A stretch of DNA of 63,768 nt, the filler included, from Choristocarpus tenellus KU-1152 (taxonomy: Eukaryota; Protista; Phaeophyceae), in NCBI GenBank assembly GCA_964200185.2. It is 11 parts of 11 records of this genome, joined end to end, with 100 filler letters (N's around TTAATTAATTAA, not from the genome) between each part and the next. Parts side by side here need not be neighbours in the genome. Positions count along the whole stretch, not along the records: positions 19,893 to 28,318 come from CAXNAD020004724.1; positions 28,419 to 35,503 come from CAXNAD020006732.1; positions 35,604 to 38,321 come from CAXNAD020025335.1; positions 38,422 to 49,038 come from CAXNAD020002829.1; 7 more parts are not named here. The stretch is one strand, 5' to 3'. Shown here one piece after another: positions 26,101 through 38,515 of the stretch. Position numbers and translations under genes: made by a program. Under the pieces are notes generated by a model that saw only the letters and a program-made list of their open reading frames with translations, was not told the origin of the DNA and searched no databases. Each line of letters begins with the position of its first letter. Position 1 is the stretch's first letter.

Positions 26101-28250
26101 TCAACTGCATCTATATTCTCAAGACTGTAGGCTAATTTACCTAAATGGGCATTGGTGAAAAAGAAAGCTGTGAACATACATTTCACTTTGTTCGTTTTGC
26201 TAGGAATATCATCAATAACAGAGATTGATGGAGTCATCCTCAGATGGTCAGGGGAATGCACTTGCAATTTGAGTAGTATGCATCCTACCTCTTTCTGTTG
26301 AAGTTTTTCTAGGATACGCTCGGCTTTTGCTTGCTTTCTACGTTGACAAAGAGTCCTTGCTTGTCGCACTTTCGCCCGTGCTCTCGATATCTTGTTGATG
26401 GTAGCCTGCAGTCAGGGAGTAGTTAAATATCTATGAAGGTAGACGGATACCCATTAGCACAAAATATCTGCCTTCCAAGGATTACGTGGAAGCACATGTA
26501 CATGATGAAAAAAAAAGGTTCTTGCTTACCCACAGAACAACATTAAGAGAGGACAGAATACAAGCCTTTGCATATGTAAACTTTCCTCCTAGGAAGGAAT
26601 CACCGTCTAGCCAGGAGGAGATTTCTTGATGGACCAAACTGATTTGATTTCCAAGGAAGCGCATGGCTTGACACAGTTGCCAACAACAGATCACATATCT
26701 TAGCTCAGGAAGGAGATTCATGATGGCAGCATCATCATCACCAGTTAATGATTTACTGTGGTATATAAATGGTAGATTTTTATAATGCATTTAGATAGCT
26801 GAGTATGGTTTGTGTTTGAAGTGTCCCAGTGAAATGCCTTGGTCATCAGAGTACATAGACCAACCACAAGAAATATATTTCATGAACTTGCAACTAGTTT
26901 CGACCCCGTGCAATTGAATAATTAATGATTCTTTCAGAAAGGTTAAAAAACTACATATTGTACTTGCAGAGGGATGGGAACAATGTTTGGTGGGATTGAA
27001 GACTTGCAGCTTCGTGTGTGGGAGGGAGGAACAGGCTTGCCTGTATGTGTGACCTGGTGGCACCCAAAATCAATGGCACATTGATCAATTGATAGCCTTT
27101 CAATGTAATATGCATTGTTCATCGGTCCAACAATAGATGATGCAGGGCTGTGCACCTGCCCCGATTTTATTCAGTTATTGAGACACTCAGGCCATGTAGC
27201 AAACGCCCTTGATAGGTTCTAACATCGCACCATTGTTCCATGCAAGCAACATGCACAAATATCAACTCTGGTGTTTATGTTATGTCACATCCAATTTATT
27301 CCAATCTAAAGCCTTCATGAGACCATATCAAGACCACCAGAAACTGCTAATTTGAGTTGCTTGTACTTTCCTATAGGTATTTATACAAATAATATATCCC
27401 ACCCTTCCAGTGCTGGTACACTTGCTCACATTTTGCTCCATGAAACTTCGCAACACCTCTCCCACTGGATGACCCAATTCAACTTGACATACCCAGCTGC
27501 CGAGGTAGCTTCTTTCTCTGGAGTTGAGGTAGTTCTGACAGGGCTTCATATCAGGTGCAGGTCTCTGGCCGAATCTTCTTAGAGAATACTCAGTTCAGCA
27601 TCAACACAAACAGGGAGCATTGGGAAGAATAGATTAGTGAAGAAGGAACTGGTGGACATTGAGTAGGGAGGTAGAGCAAAGATTTGACACGTATGTTTGA
27701 CAACTCGGGATTGGTATGGGGAAGGATTCCCTCCTTCCAAGATAGACCTTGAACGTCCCCAAGGTCGGTGTGACTAGACTATTGTATATGAAGAACTCCA
27801 GGACTCTGGCTCATCTAGAATAACAGAGAGCGGAACAGTCCACACCCATTCTATGCCATCGAGCTAAAGAAGCTGGTGTTGTGTGCAACCCAGCAATTCA
27901 TTCTATGCTCATATTTTCATCATAGTCAGTTGTTGGGCAATGCCTTTTGTGATATAAGTTGCTCTCGCTGATCTGTGTTCAGGGGAGGATGTAAATCAAT
28001 CTGTTGTGTAAACTCTCCTCTGCTCTGCTGCAGAATCAAACTGTAGTTACATAGACCAGAGCAGTAGCCAACAGATCTTGGCTTACCTATCGATATCTTC
28101 CTGTGTCCCGTCCTCCACATCATTTTCATTAGCGATCACTTTGCCACTCTTGACCCTCCAGGCATGCTCAGCACGACGTATCTCTCTTAGGATAATTGAA
28201 TTAGAAAGTGAGTCGACCTTTTGCAGGAAAAAATCGATGTTTATTGATGC
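20157..28250 (-). CDS. OSCA/TMEM63/CSC1-like ion channel or scramblase-superfamily membrane protein, incomplete at both ends
   Basis: In-phase GT-AG exons include 25909-25796 (SVAFVTFEHQES), 24964-24751 (APEPSDLKWENMDVP plus TM helix), 24389-24288, 23877-23671, 23391-23188, 23011-22814 (AQFLNTALIVL), 21795-21671 (GSYSDFDKGWYSTVG), 20784-20658 (TQAELNRLYRPPRFDMETRYA) and 20249-20157 (YSGGIPILY...IIDK). Probable upstream exons lie near 26290-26406, 26530-26670, 27400-27490 and 28087-28250. Confidence 0.85.
21126..21383 (+). mobile_element. MITE family A in an intron of the OSCA-like gene
   Basis: Both TIRs present; flanks TGAT / TGAC (near-perfect 4-bp TSD). Confidence 0.9.
22154..22187 (+). 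repeat. Interstitial telomere-type (CCCTAA)n tract, about 5 units
   Basis: cctaaccctaaccctaaccctaaccctaacccta. Confidence 0.9.
22444..22689 (+). mobile_element. MITE family A, 4-bp TSD ATCT
   Basis: Both TIRs present; ATCT at 22440-22443 and 22690-22693. Confidence 0.9.
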
Positions 28251-28268
28251 TGATCGAAAGGTAATGCA

Positions 28269-28318
28269 GAGCCAAAGTATCTTAGAGGGTAGAGCCGCGT
28301 CCATTTGGGGGTCAAAAT
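28269..28318 (-). mobile_element. MITE family A fragment at contig end
   Basis: GAGCCAAAGTATCTTAGAGGGTAGAGCCGCGTCCATTTGGGGG. Confidence 0.85.
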
Positions 28319-29286
28319 NNNNNNNNNNNNNNNNNNNNNNNNNNNNNNNNNNNNNNNNNNNNTTAATTAATTAANNNNNNNNNNNNNNNNNNNNNNNNNN
28401 NNNNNNNNNNNNNNNNNNCCCCCCAGATACTTTGAACCACCTCCTACCGGAGTTCACTTGAGCAACCAACCCCCTCTAAGCCTCACAGGTGCAAAAGATC
28501 TCCTTTTTATTATGTCAAGTTTTCACAAAGCAGAACACCTTGTTGTGTCCCGCTCCCTCTACCAGGTGGACAGCCTCCATCATCTCTGTTTGACTCGTTT
28601 GGTTGTAGATAACAAACTGGTAGTTCAGCATCAGAAACACACTTTCCTGATTCTTGTAAATCACCTCTCTGTTGACCATCTTGAGTTTATCCATTGGGAT
28701 AGGTTCCCTAACCTCTTGAGCATCATGTCTGGTGGTGTCCTTTACCCATTTCTTCCTCGCTGCAGCCGTCTGGAATCTTGTCTGGTCTTTCCTCGGCCTC
28801 CCCCTCTTGTTTTGTGGTGTCCCCATGTCTACTGATGCCTCTGAGGCAAGTCCCATCGACATATTTTTTTTTGTTATTCGCCATCCTGGGACCCATCCCT
28901 TGGGACTTTGATAGCTCGAAATTTGCTTCGAGTTGCGAAAATAAATGTCTCAAAAGTTGTTCGTCTACTCCCATTCTCCCTGACCATCAAATATGGCCTT
29001 CTGTGGTGTCCTTCTGTGATACAGATCTATCAGGACTTCAAATACACCCCCCCATATTTGGGCAGACGCCAATAGCTGAATATTCAAAGATAGGCATCAA
29101 GGGTTTTTTCCATTTTGAAGTTGAAGTTTTAGTCTTTCACCTCATTACATAATCAATAGTAAAACACAGTATGTAGAATGAGATAATGGCAAATAGAACT
29201 GAACTATTGAACGAAATTTAGTACGAAGTGAAATTTCAGAAAGTGCCCAGAAAAGAAAAATCTTGATTTGTACTTCCCTCCATTGC

Positions 29287-29288
<2 letters not shown>

Positions 29289-29317
<29 letters not shown>

Positions 29318-29332
29318 TAAATATAAATATAT
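29289..29332. repeat. (TA)n / AT-rich microsatellite
   Basis: Direct reading. Confidence 0.9.
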
Positions 29333-29699
29333 TTGAGGTTGTACATGCGGACAACTTGTCTACACTAGTGAAGAAAAAATAGGGAGCTTTTCCTATTACT
29401 TGTGATGGCTTGATTTACACCGCCATACGCATTTTCCTGCTGTTGTAGGAAGAAATTTGTTCCGAGGTGAAGAAAATAGAGGCAGACTCAGGCAAAAGTA
29501 TCTAAGTCTCGGGAAATGTATAGCTTTTGACCGCAAGAATGGATATGCCATTGCTATTGGGTTGTGAAATGGATGAGTCAAATGAGTAATTGATGCACCG
29601 AATATTGAACATCATGATTCTTGGCCGGAAACAAGTAGTTTCATGTATTTTTTTTTATCACCTCCCTTGTTCACATTCACTGCTCTTCTGGTTAGTCAA

Positions 29700-30900
29700 T
29701 GATGAGAATTTCGAACAAGCACAGGATTGGTGCATACCGGAGAGGTATAGGATGGATCCAGACTTTCGCAGCATTTATCTTGTTATCCAGGTGGGTTCAT
29801 TTAGTCATAAATCTCCATTACTTCCCAGCGCTTCGAGTCATCAGTGACCAAATTTATTTTCTCAGTGGTATATTGTGATGGTAATGTGCCACCTGTGCAA
29901 CATCTCGGAATATTGCAATCACTGAGGCAGCATGAGGTTTTGGTATGCTTAGGCACACACACCTAAGTGCTTCATAACTACATACAAAATGAACATGCAA
30001 GCGTTGCTGCTCCAATCTTGAAAAAGGAAAACTTGTGGAGACCCATTACAAAGGACATAGTCTTCAGCGGTGGTCGTTATGTAACTGTCACCTACGAGGT
30101 TCCAGCTGGAAAGAATGAGCGAGTTGAGTTATCAAGGAACGTGACACCAGAGGTAAGCACAGGATCTGAGCCATACCCTTTTACAGGGAGTGATGGGTAT
30201 CTATTGGGGATCATTGTTCAATGTTACGATTTTGATGTCACCAATCCGGAACAGAGCAAAAGGAAAAATGGGCTTCAAAATGGACAATTCTGGCACATTT
30301 GCCAAATCAAATCTGGAACTAAGTACAATGAATAGTAGGCTTTAAGAAGTCGTGTTTTGCTCATGTTTCAAGCCCCACACGGACAGACAGGGGTCAAACA
30401 TTTACCCTCATAAATGGAATTAGCTCTCAAGTGTGTCATCACCTCTCATATTAATCTTATTCGAATATACCCTCCATGTGGCAAAGCTCATCAAACCCCG
30501 ACCACATTGTACTTCTATTGTGGACATCCAATCATCCAGCTGTGTGAAAAATAATGTGTTTAAGTGCTTTGGAGGTATCTGAAATTGTTGAATAGAAATG
30601 GTCTCGTGGGTATAACTGTATTGCGATGGAAACGATATTTCTTCACTAATGCTCATTCTCGCTATGGTTGAATACCAACTGATCCAAAAGAAACTATGGC
30701 CAAACTCCCTTCTATTATAAACATATCTGAGTAAGTTGAGTATTCAGCAAGAATGTGGTTGGATCCCCTTTGGAGGTATACTCCATGTGTTTGTCATTTT
30801 TAGTGATGATGATAAAAGTACAAACCCTTTGTAAAAACGTCATCATAATTATAATTTTTAAGATTTTCTCAGTAGCATGCTATTGCTGATGATAATTTGG
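29700..30900 (+). pseudogene. Degraded CACTA/EnSpm-like transposase relic
   Basis: GIIVQCYDFDVTNPEQSKRK resembles the [L/Y]xDDFExxNPLGSxxxK motif of EnSpm-like transposases, followed by a GFKKS-like remnant; frameshifted; limits are approximate. Confidence 0.45.
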
Positions 30901-31091
30901 GGACGAGGGCTTTGTACCTGATCTTCATCTTGCAAAAAAAAGTTGCAGAAAAGTATGTAAGCGGAGCTCAAGAGCTCCACGTCAAAAGAGGAACGTCTTG
31001 ACATGAAAATCACAGATTCCAACATCTTTGTTTGTTGAGCAAGCCTTGCGGCAGATCTGAACTATGCCCAAATTTATAACGTCCAATACAG

Positions 31092-34000
31092 GAGGTGAAG
31101 AAGAAGGAATTCCAGATCAGGGAAGGCGAGGTGCCTCACCAGATTGACGTCCTTGCACAGGTGTGTCAACCTCTCTTGTCATCTGCTTCACTGTAACTAT
31201 TTTGAGAAGGCTTGGAAAAATCTCATTTTGGTATTATATATTGAAGATTTAGAGCTTCGTTTGTATTCCCACTTAGGCCAAACACTTGCTTTTCACCTTC
31301 CATGTACACCTCAATGACCTATGGAGAACAGGCAATGCTAAGTCTCATCGCCTACTACCCCTCAAGCAATCACATCTCCAACAACAATGTACATCATTCC
31401 AATTAAAAGGATAGGGCTGTATGGTCTCCTTGTACTACCCAACTCAATAGTATTGCTAAACCATTTTTTCTTGCATGTGGCAAGTCCTGGACCCACAGTA
31501 TCCTCCTCATCTCTGTAATTCAACCTCCCAAAAGGTATCAAGGTGCTTAAGTCCACTAGCTTTGCATACATCAGTGCTGAGACTCTTTGCTCCTGCTGGG
31601 GTGTTCGGCCCTTTTCTTCAGCTGAGCCTTCAGGGACTCATCTCAAGAACCCATTGCCTTTCAGCCCTCTTATCAACACCTATCATAGCGTACAGGTGAT
31701 ATGTCGGATGGGCCTATCTTGAGAAGAGGGAGTAGGCACTTGATGAGATAGAGAAAATAACTACTAATGTAACCTTTCTAGATCATCTCTCACAAAAGAC
31801 GGGCACTGAGCAGTGGTGGTTATTTTTCAACTTGATATTATTTTCCATTTGTAATCTACTCTATGAAATACAACCTGCTATTGATGAAGAGTACAATAAA
31901 ATAACGTTTTGTACTAGGTGCAATCTATTGCTAGTATGAAGAAATGAACCCCGGAAAAAATCCCCTTGAATGCTCACCACGGAGAGGAATTTTTTTCTGA
32001 TCTTATATACACAGCCAAGACAGGGAAGTAATGGAGGACTTGTGGACACTGCTTACCATGGTGGTTCTGCAAGACACGAGTCATTCCACCCTCATGAGTG
32101 ACTCAGAACATCCCGGTGAACAAGAAGGCGACAATCAAAATGTCAACATGGGTGAGAACAACGCATAGAGAAGAGAGGTCAAGGAAAAACAAGAATAATA
32201 GAAGGCCGTTTCAGAAATACTGAGTGCCTAGAAAAACCTTGTGGTACTACGTCCCATTATATTTCTTGCTGCCTCTATTCCGTCACAGGTTTGCGAGTGA
32301 CAAGGAAATACTACATATCTTGTAAGAACACAGCAGTTCAGACCCAAAGTATCTGGAAGGTGGGGGGGGGTCCGCATCAGGGTGTCCATTTGGGTCATAA
32401 ACAGGAAAATTGCACTTATTTTATCCATCCGACGTATGCAACCAAATCACACAAAAATCGCGACATAAGAATATTGGCTCCAAATGACAACTGCCACCCC
32501 CCTCCGGATGCTTTGAGCCTTCATAGTCAAGTAGTTTGGATTTGATAGAGTATTGCACTGATTATAGGTCGCCCCTGAGTTTCTGTTACGTGAAGTATGC
32601 AGGGCATGAAGGATTCATTCGACACTTTCACTTGTAGGGGTTACTCAAAATATCTGGTTGCTCCTGCAGAGTATGTTCCGTTTCAGGTGATGCAAGTCCC
32701 ATGTCACAGGACATTCCTCAAGCACGAAATTCATGAAGCATAGCTCTAGTGCAAATTCTACTTAGAAAAAGAATTAGGTGAACATTTTTCAAGTTCAAGA
32801 AATGTTTTAGCATTTCTATTATCCATCTGGCGCATGCAACCAAATCATCCAAAAACCGTGACATTGAAAAATCGGCCCCAAATAGACTGTCGCCACCCCC
32901 CCCCCAGATACTTTGAGCTTATAATACAATCATGACTATATAGTGTGGTGAGGAAGAAGTGGGATCTAAGGATCCACCCAACATAAATACGTAATGTTGT
33001 GTCAAAGTTATTGCACCTTTTCTCCGAAAAAATGTTTTGGACAAACAATTTTCTGAAGATTTACTTATTCTGCATTATTTATGTATTTGTGCACAAGCAA
33101 TACGTATCATGAGTGGTGATTTCCCTCCTCTGAGCCGGAAGAGAATCACAGATGCATGTATAATATGTTTAGAACAATTTGCAAGTTCAAGTTTGATCTT
33201 TTTCTTGAGATTGTATGTCCATCAATAGTCCGTGGTAAGTGTAAATCAACCCACGTATGCCTTCAGCATCAGCCTCATTGTAAGGGCTGGAATACAGGTA
33301 TGTATTTACTATTTCACCAAGACCTTGTGCTGGATTTGATGTTGCAATATCTGATATTGTTCTGGAGCAGATAAGTGTCACAACACTCAGCATATGTCAT
33401 GTTTGCAACTATCCTAAACACTTCAAAGAACACTACAATGTGTGTGTCTTCACCTCTTTAACAGTGTCAAGATGTTTTCTGTTCTGATGTAATCATCCTT
33501 CTACAGTACTTTCTAGCGTGAGTCTATTTAATGCCTGATTAATGCCAAAATCTATACATACAAAGATAGATATCGATGCTGTTTTTGATGTGAGAAGGCA
33601 ATATATTCCACTTGAGACGACTTGAAGTACAATGTGCAGTGTGGCCTAGGTTTCTTTCTACCCAAGTAATACACCGTTTTTTTTCTTTTTTTTCTTTCAC
33701 CCTAACCCTACCATGCACCGTGCATGAACTCTTATATTTTCTTATATTTTGGTTGCTCAACTGGGTCCTTCACACCAGAGTCAGTTTTTTTTTCACCAGG
33801 CGGGCGTTCAGAAGTGGTTCGTGACTGCGATATGGATATTTTGTTTAGCCGTCGCCTTTTGGAGGTGAGTTCAACCTCAACGGTCTTACAGGATTCTGTT
33901 CTTTTCGTCATGTGTTCTTTAAGAGTGAAAGTATCTTAGAGGGTACGAGTTTTGCCCTGTTTGTCCATTTGATGGCAGAACTTGTAGACATGAGTGAAAG

Positions 34001-34506
34001 TATCTTAGATGGTACGAATTTTTCCCTATTTGTCCATTTGCGGCTTGGCTTCCCATGTTAAAAAAAAAAAATGTTTTGAACACTTTCCTACTCCAAAATG
34101 TTTCGGAGTAGGTAAAATGTATATGCTACAAAAAGGTGTGTCCAGAACAATGATACTGACACTTTCTAACAAACACGATAGCCAAAACCGACAAAATTAC
34201 ATCAAAACCACAGCAATGGATTTTGACCCCCAAATAGACGCGATCCTACCCTCCAAGATACCTAAACTCTTATCCTACACATATACGACACGATAATTAT
34301 TCCCTCGTCCTTCCATCCTTGCACTGTACCGATCATCCAACCATTTTACCCTCATCCCACACACCCGTATACCCTGTAAGGTGAAGCAAGATCAGGCGCT
34401 ATCAGTGCGAATACTGGATCGACTCATTTCAAGCGCGGACGAGGATATTGGAGAGGATTCCTTGGCCCAGTTCAGTGGACTGTCACAACCAGGGCAGGAA
34501 ATTGAG
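31092..34506 (+). CDS. Probable multi-exon gene of unknown function (candidate exons 31092-31160, ~31534-31694, ~32024-32151, 33800-33864, 34381-34506)
   Basis: Open, coding-like segments bounded by AG and GT (e.g. tttttttcaccag|...TTGGAG|gtgagt); 33800-33864 joins 34381 in phase (…DILFSRRLLE|VKQDQALSVRILDRLISS…). No family recognised and the full exon chain is not resolved. Confidence 0.4.
32341..32519. mobile_element. MITE family B, full length, 4-bp TSD TTCA
   Basis: GACCCAAAGTATCTGG...CCGGATGCTTTGAGCC, flanked by TTCA at 32337-32340 and 32520-32523. Confidence 0.88.
32812..32919. mobile_element. MITE family B, partial
   Basis: Matches the distal half of 32341-32519 and ends CCCCAGATACTTTGAGCT. 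Confidence 0.75.
33923..34269 (+). mobile_element. MITE family A: 49-bp left-end fragment (33923-33971) followed by a full copy (33992-34269)
   Basis: Two successive GAGTGAAAGTATCTTAGA starts; degenerate right TIR. Confidence 0.85.
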
Positions 34507-35329
34507 GTTGGTGGGAACATTGATGTAGACATGGGGGAGAAGCGGGTAGGGGTGGGTACAAGGTGGGGACAAGGTGGGTGTACGTAGAGTAGCAAGAGTT
34601 AGAGCAGAAAAAAAAAAGAAGTTAGAATTGACTAAGATGGTTTTGGGAGCAGGCCTGGAAGAAACGTGAAGGAGTAAACAAAAGACAGAAAAAGGTATAT
34701 TGACGACATACATCCTCGATAGCCATCATAATAATTGTTTCGTAGATATGTTTCGTGTGCTGACGGCGAGCAGTAGCAATACTGGTCATGGGGGGCAATT
34801 CGATATCAAGCAAGCACAATGGACCTGAATGCGTTTAGCTCACGGCATGATGGAGAGTAGTTAGTTCCCTGCTATGGTAGTACGCAAACTTCCATACCTT
34901 TTTGACACCTTTTTTTTTTTTTACCTTTTTGACTTGATGTGAATTCGTATTGGACAATCTTGGCTTCTTTTTTTTTTTTTACTTTTTTTACTTTAAGGGC
35001 GCGATTTGGCCAAGTTATTTGTTGCTTACACCACATTTTTATTCCATGGATGAGGAGTAGGACTTGAATTGTTTGGTAGTCGGTGCGATGTTTTTCCCAG
35101 TCCATTGAAATGACAATTCTTGAATGAGACTATTTCAGCTGTGGGGAGTAGTCCAAAAAGAGTGAATTGTCATTTCAATATATATCATGATCATCATTGG
35201 CAATTCTTTATACAGATTCATGATATTAATGGGCTGTTGGGCAACAACATTGGGAGACCTCCCAATAATTAGAATATACCTGTAGTCTGAACCTGACTCA
35301 CCACAGAGCAACGGAACCCAGGGAGTAGA

Positions 35330-35503
35330 GACCCAAGGTATCTGGAGGGAGGAGGGGGTCTACACGAAGGTGTCCATTTGGACCATGACCAGGAAAGGTG
35401 CACTTACATTTTCCATCCGACGTATGCAACCAAGTCACACAAAAATCACGACATGAAAAATTGACCCCAAATGGACAGCCGCCAACCCCCCCCCCCCCCC
35501 CCC
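35330..35503. mobile_element. MITE family B, cut at its poly-C by the contig end
   Basis: GACCCAAGGTATCTGG...CCAAATGGACAGCCGCCAACCCCC. Confidence 0.85.
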
Positions 35504-35739
35504 NNNNNNNNNNNNNNNNNNNNNNNNNNNNNNNNNNNNNNNNNNNNTTAATTAATTAANNNNNNNNNNNNNNNNNNNNNNNNNNNNNNNNNNNNNNNNN
35601 NNNCCCCCAAACCCCCATAAGCACAGAATAAGCGTTACATCACGAAGTAAATGTTTCTTGCGGGTGTGGCCCCCCCTAGGGAGCACTCCAATGGAGTGCG
35701 GTTCGATGGGAAAATTGGGATCTGATCAATCATGGACAT

Positions 35740-36055
35740 AAAGGTCGCTCAGTGCTTCAACAAACACCTCCTCAATGGCACCAAGGTGCTAGTGCCAGCC
35801 ACAGTGGGGGGGGAGAGGTATGAAAAGATCACGATGAAGGATGTCATCCTGGTAATCAAGATCAGTGTGCTTAGGTCGGAAGGACACACCATCTCTTCAT
35901 GCAGCAAGATGTGGCAAAACCACACACCAAGGGCGGGATCATGGAGGCAATTAAGGAGGTGGCGGGGGACGACATTGTCATAGAGACAAAGTCAGTCAAC
36001 TCACCTGACCTCAATGTCAACAACCTGGGATTCTTTCATTCCGTCCAGCAACAAA
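35740..36055 (+). pseudogene. Tc1/mariner (DD39D-like) transposase relic
   Basis: GTKVLVPATVGGERYEK...(frameshift) QQDVAKPHT...NSPDLNVNNLGFFHSVQQ, matching the QQDNAxPH and SPDLNxxDLGFF motifs. Confidence 0.8.
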
Positions 36056-37294
36056 ATACGGCGTAGCAAGGAACACCCAGAGAGAAAGAACTAGTATCTT
36101 TCACCACATGTTCATCGAGGAATAGACATCAACACAGCAACAGAGACGGAGAAAAGACGTCACCCCCACTCTGGTCCCTCTGGTTAGGTTGATTTCAGCA
36201 TATATCCCGCAGCTTCCATTACCAAAACGTTTTGCATACATGCGAAGATAAAGTGAAAGTAAAGTCCGTACCCTTATGCCACAATATATCGACTTTGAAT
36301 GACAGCATCATGCTGTCCATTTCGAGTGGCAGAAGGTAGATTGCAAGAGTAGTTTCATAGGGACGATTGCCTACAAATCCCACTTTCTTTCGCCTCAAGA
36401 GGGGTTTCGTTGGATTAGGAACAAATAGTACGAACAGAGGGGCAAGCATTTCCAGACTGCTAACGAAATCTGGTCACCACGAGTACTGCGTGGAAGCCAA
36501 ATCAAAGATTCGTAAGGGATACTCCACTGCCCCTGGCGTGGCACTGGGAGAGCAATAAAAATAGGAGTAAATATTGCTAGGCATGAAGTGGTCGATACTA
36601 GTGTAACTACCCTCATACTCCGCCTCCTTCCCTTCCCCCTGTGCCCCAAAAGTTCCTATTCGATCGATTAGTGGGTGCTACTGGCTCAGAATGTGATCTG
36701 TTTTTATGTGGCCAGGCAGGAACCTGGCCTGTGATGCCTCAATGTAAGTTAGTTAGGAATTCCTCACCCGATTTGAAGGTGAGAATAATGCACAGATCCC
36801 AAAGCTACACATTTTTTTTGGTCTCTGACGTCTTCGTCAATATTACTAGTCCAGAATCCTGTCCCTTTGAAGGTCAATGTTATGTGCAGACCCCACACTT
36901 GCACTTACACACATTTAGCTCGATCATTAAAATTATGTATAGGCCAGCACAGACCCCCCCTCACACAGACCTCCTCTTCTACTCATGCGCCCCACATCAT
37001 TTAAATGTTAAAAGAATTCTCGTATTATAAATGAAAATACCATCTTCACTTTATTCAGGGGATCCTAACCTCAAGTCAGAGGCACCACACACTGTGCTCC
37101 TTCTTGTACTGTTGCTGCCTTGGTTTTACCCTGCTATCCCATCTTGCCCACAAAAGATCGATGGTCTCTCGTTATGCTTGTTGGAGGTGAGACATAGAAG
37201 TATTCGATCATATTCATCACTCATTAACATCATATCGCAACATATTCGTTTGAGTACGCTCATCTCTCTGTACGATTATAATTCTGTTCATAAA

Positions 37295-37552
37295 GAGTGA
37301 AAGTGTCTTAGGGGGTACGAGTTTTGCCCTGTTTGTCCATTTGGGGCTTGGCTTCCCATGGGTTTTTTTATGGCATTTTCCTACTCCAAAATGTTTCGGA
37401 GTAGGTAAAAGTGTGTACGTTATGAAAAGGTGTGTCCAGAACATGGATATTGACACTTAACATACACGATGGGCAAAATTACATCAAAATCGTAATATTG
37501 GATTTTGGCCCCCAAAATGGACACGGCTCTACCCTCTAAGATACTTTGACTC
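37295..37552 (+). mobile_element. MITE family A
   Basis: Both TIRs present; flanks TAAA / AAAG. Confidence 0.9.
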
Positions 37553-38515
37553 AAAGTGAGAATAAATTGTTCCAATATGATGTGTATCAATCACACAATA
37601 AAATGTTGGAAGGGATGTGCATGAGAGAGGAAGAGTTTCTTTCTCACTTTTGTTCATCTAAACAAGAAATGGCACATACACAGCAACATCAGTAGGAATA
37701 TATATGAAGCCAATATCGCACTACCACAATATAACATGAAAGAAAGTTCGTGTATGGAAAGACAAAGTTGGACGTACCATACGCTTATACATACCCGTTC
37801 CAAGGTGTCAATTCCCCCTTTTATATTCTTCACTGGTACATTCATACAAAGTCATCAGGTTTAGAGCGTGCTCGTGGAAAACTCCTGCTATTCGCGTGTG
37901 TGGGCATGTTTTTTGCTTCCAAGGCAAAAGTGAAAGTTTATCAAGTAATCTGAGTTTTGTGGGCGGAATAATTCTGGTTGGCGGGGGGCACAGGACAATG
38001 GATTGGAGTAGAAAGAAAAAGAAGAAAGCAGGAAGAAAACAAATGGTTAAGGAATGACTAAGAGAAAGGGGAAAAGTTGTAAAGAAATGAGTGGTAGGAA
38101 GAAGAAAGGGCAAGAAGTGTTCAGTATTGAAGAGGGCTGAGAACCAGGGGTACAGGACGAGGAGGGTGAGACCAAGACAACCTCCGAGCAAGCTCTCCCG
38201 CCCACCCACCCTGTCACTTGCTCACGACCAACGGGAACGCTGGGTAAGGGGGGGAGGTTAAGTTCCGGCGGGGTAGATGTCTTCTAGCTCAAAGGCACGG
38301 TTTGAAGTGGATCATGAAGGGNNNNNNNNNNNNNNNNNNNNNNNNNNNNNNNNNNNNNNNNNNNNTTAATTAATTAANNNNNNNNNNNNNNNNNNNNNNN
38401 NNNNNNNNNNNNNNNNNNNNNCTGTTGTTGGTGTTCTGCAGGGTGTGAGGGGAAAGATCCGGTTTACGCACTTTTTTTTGTTGTTGGGGGGGGGGGGGGG
38501 TTACCACCTTTGCAG

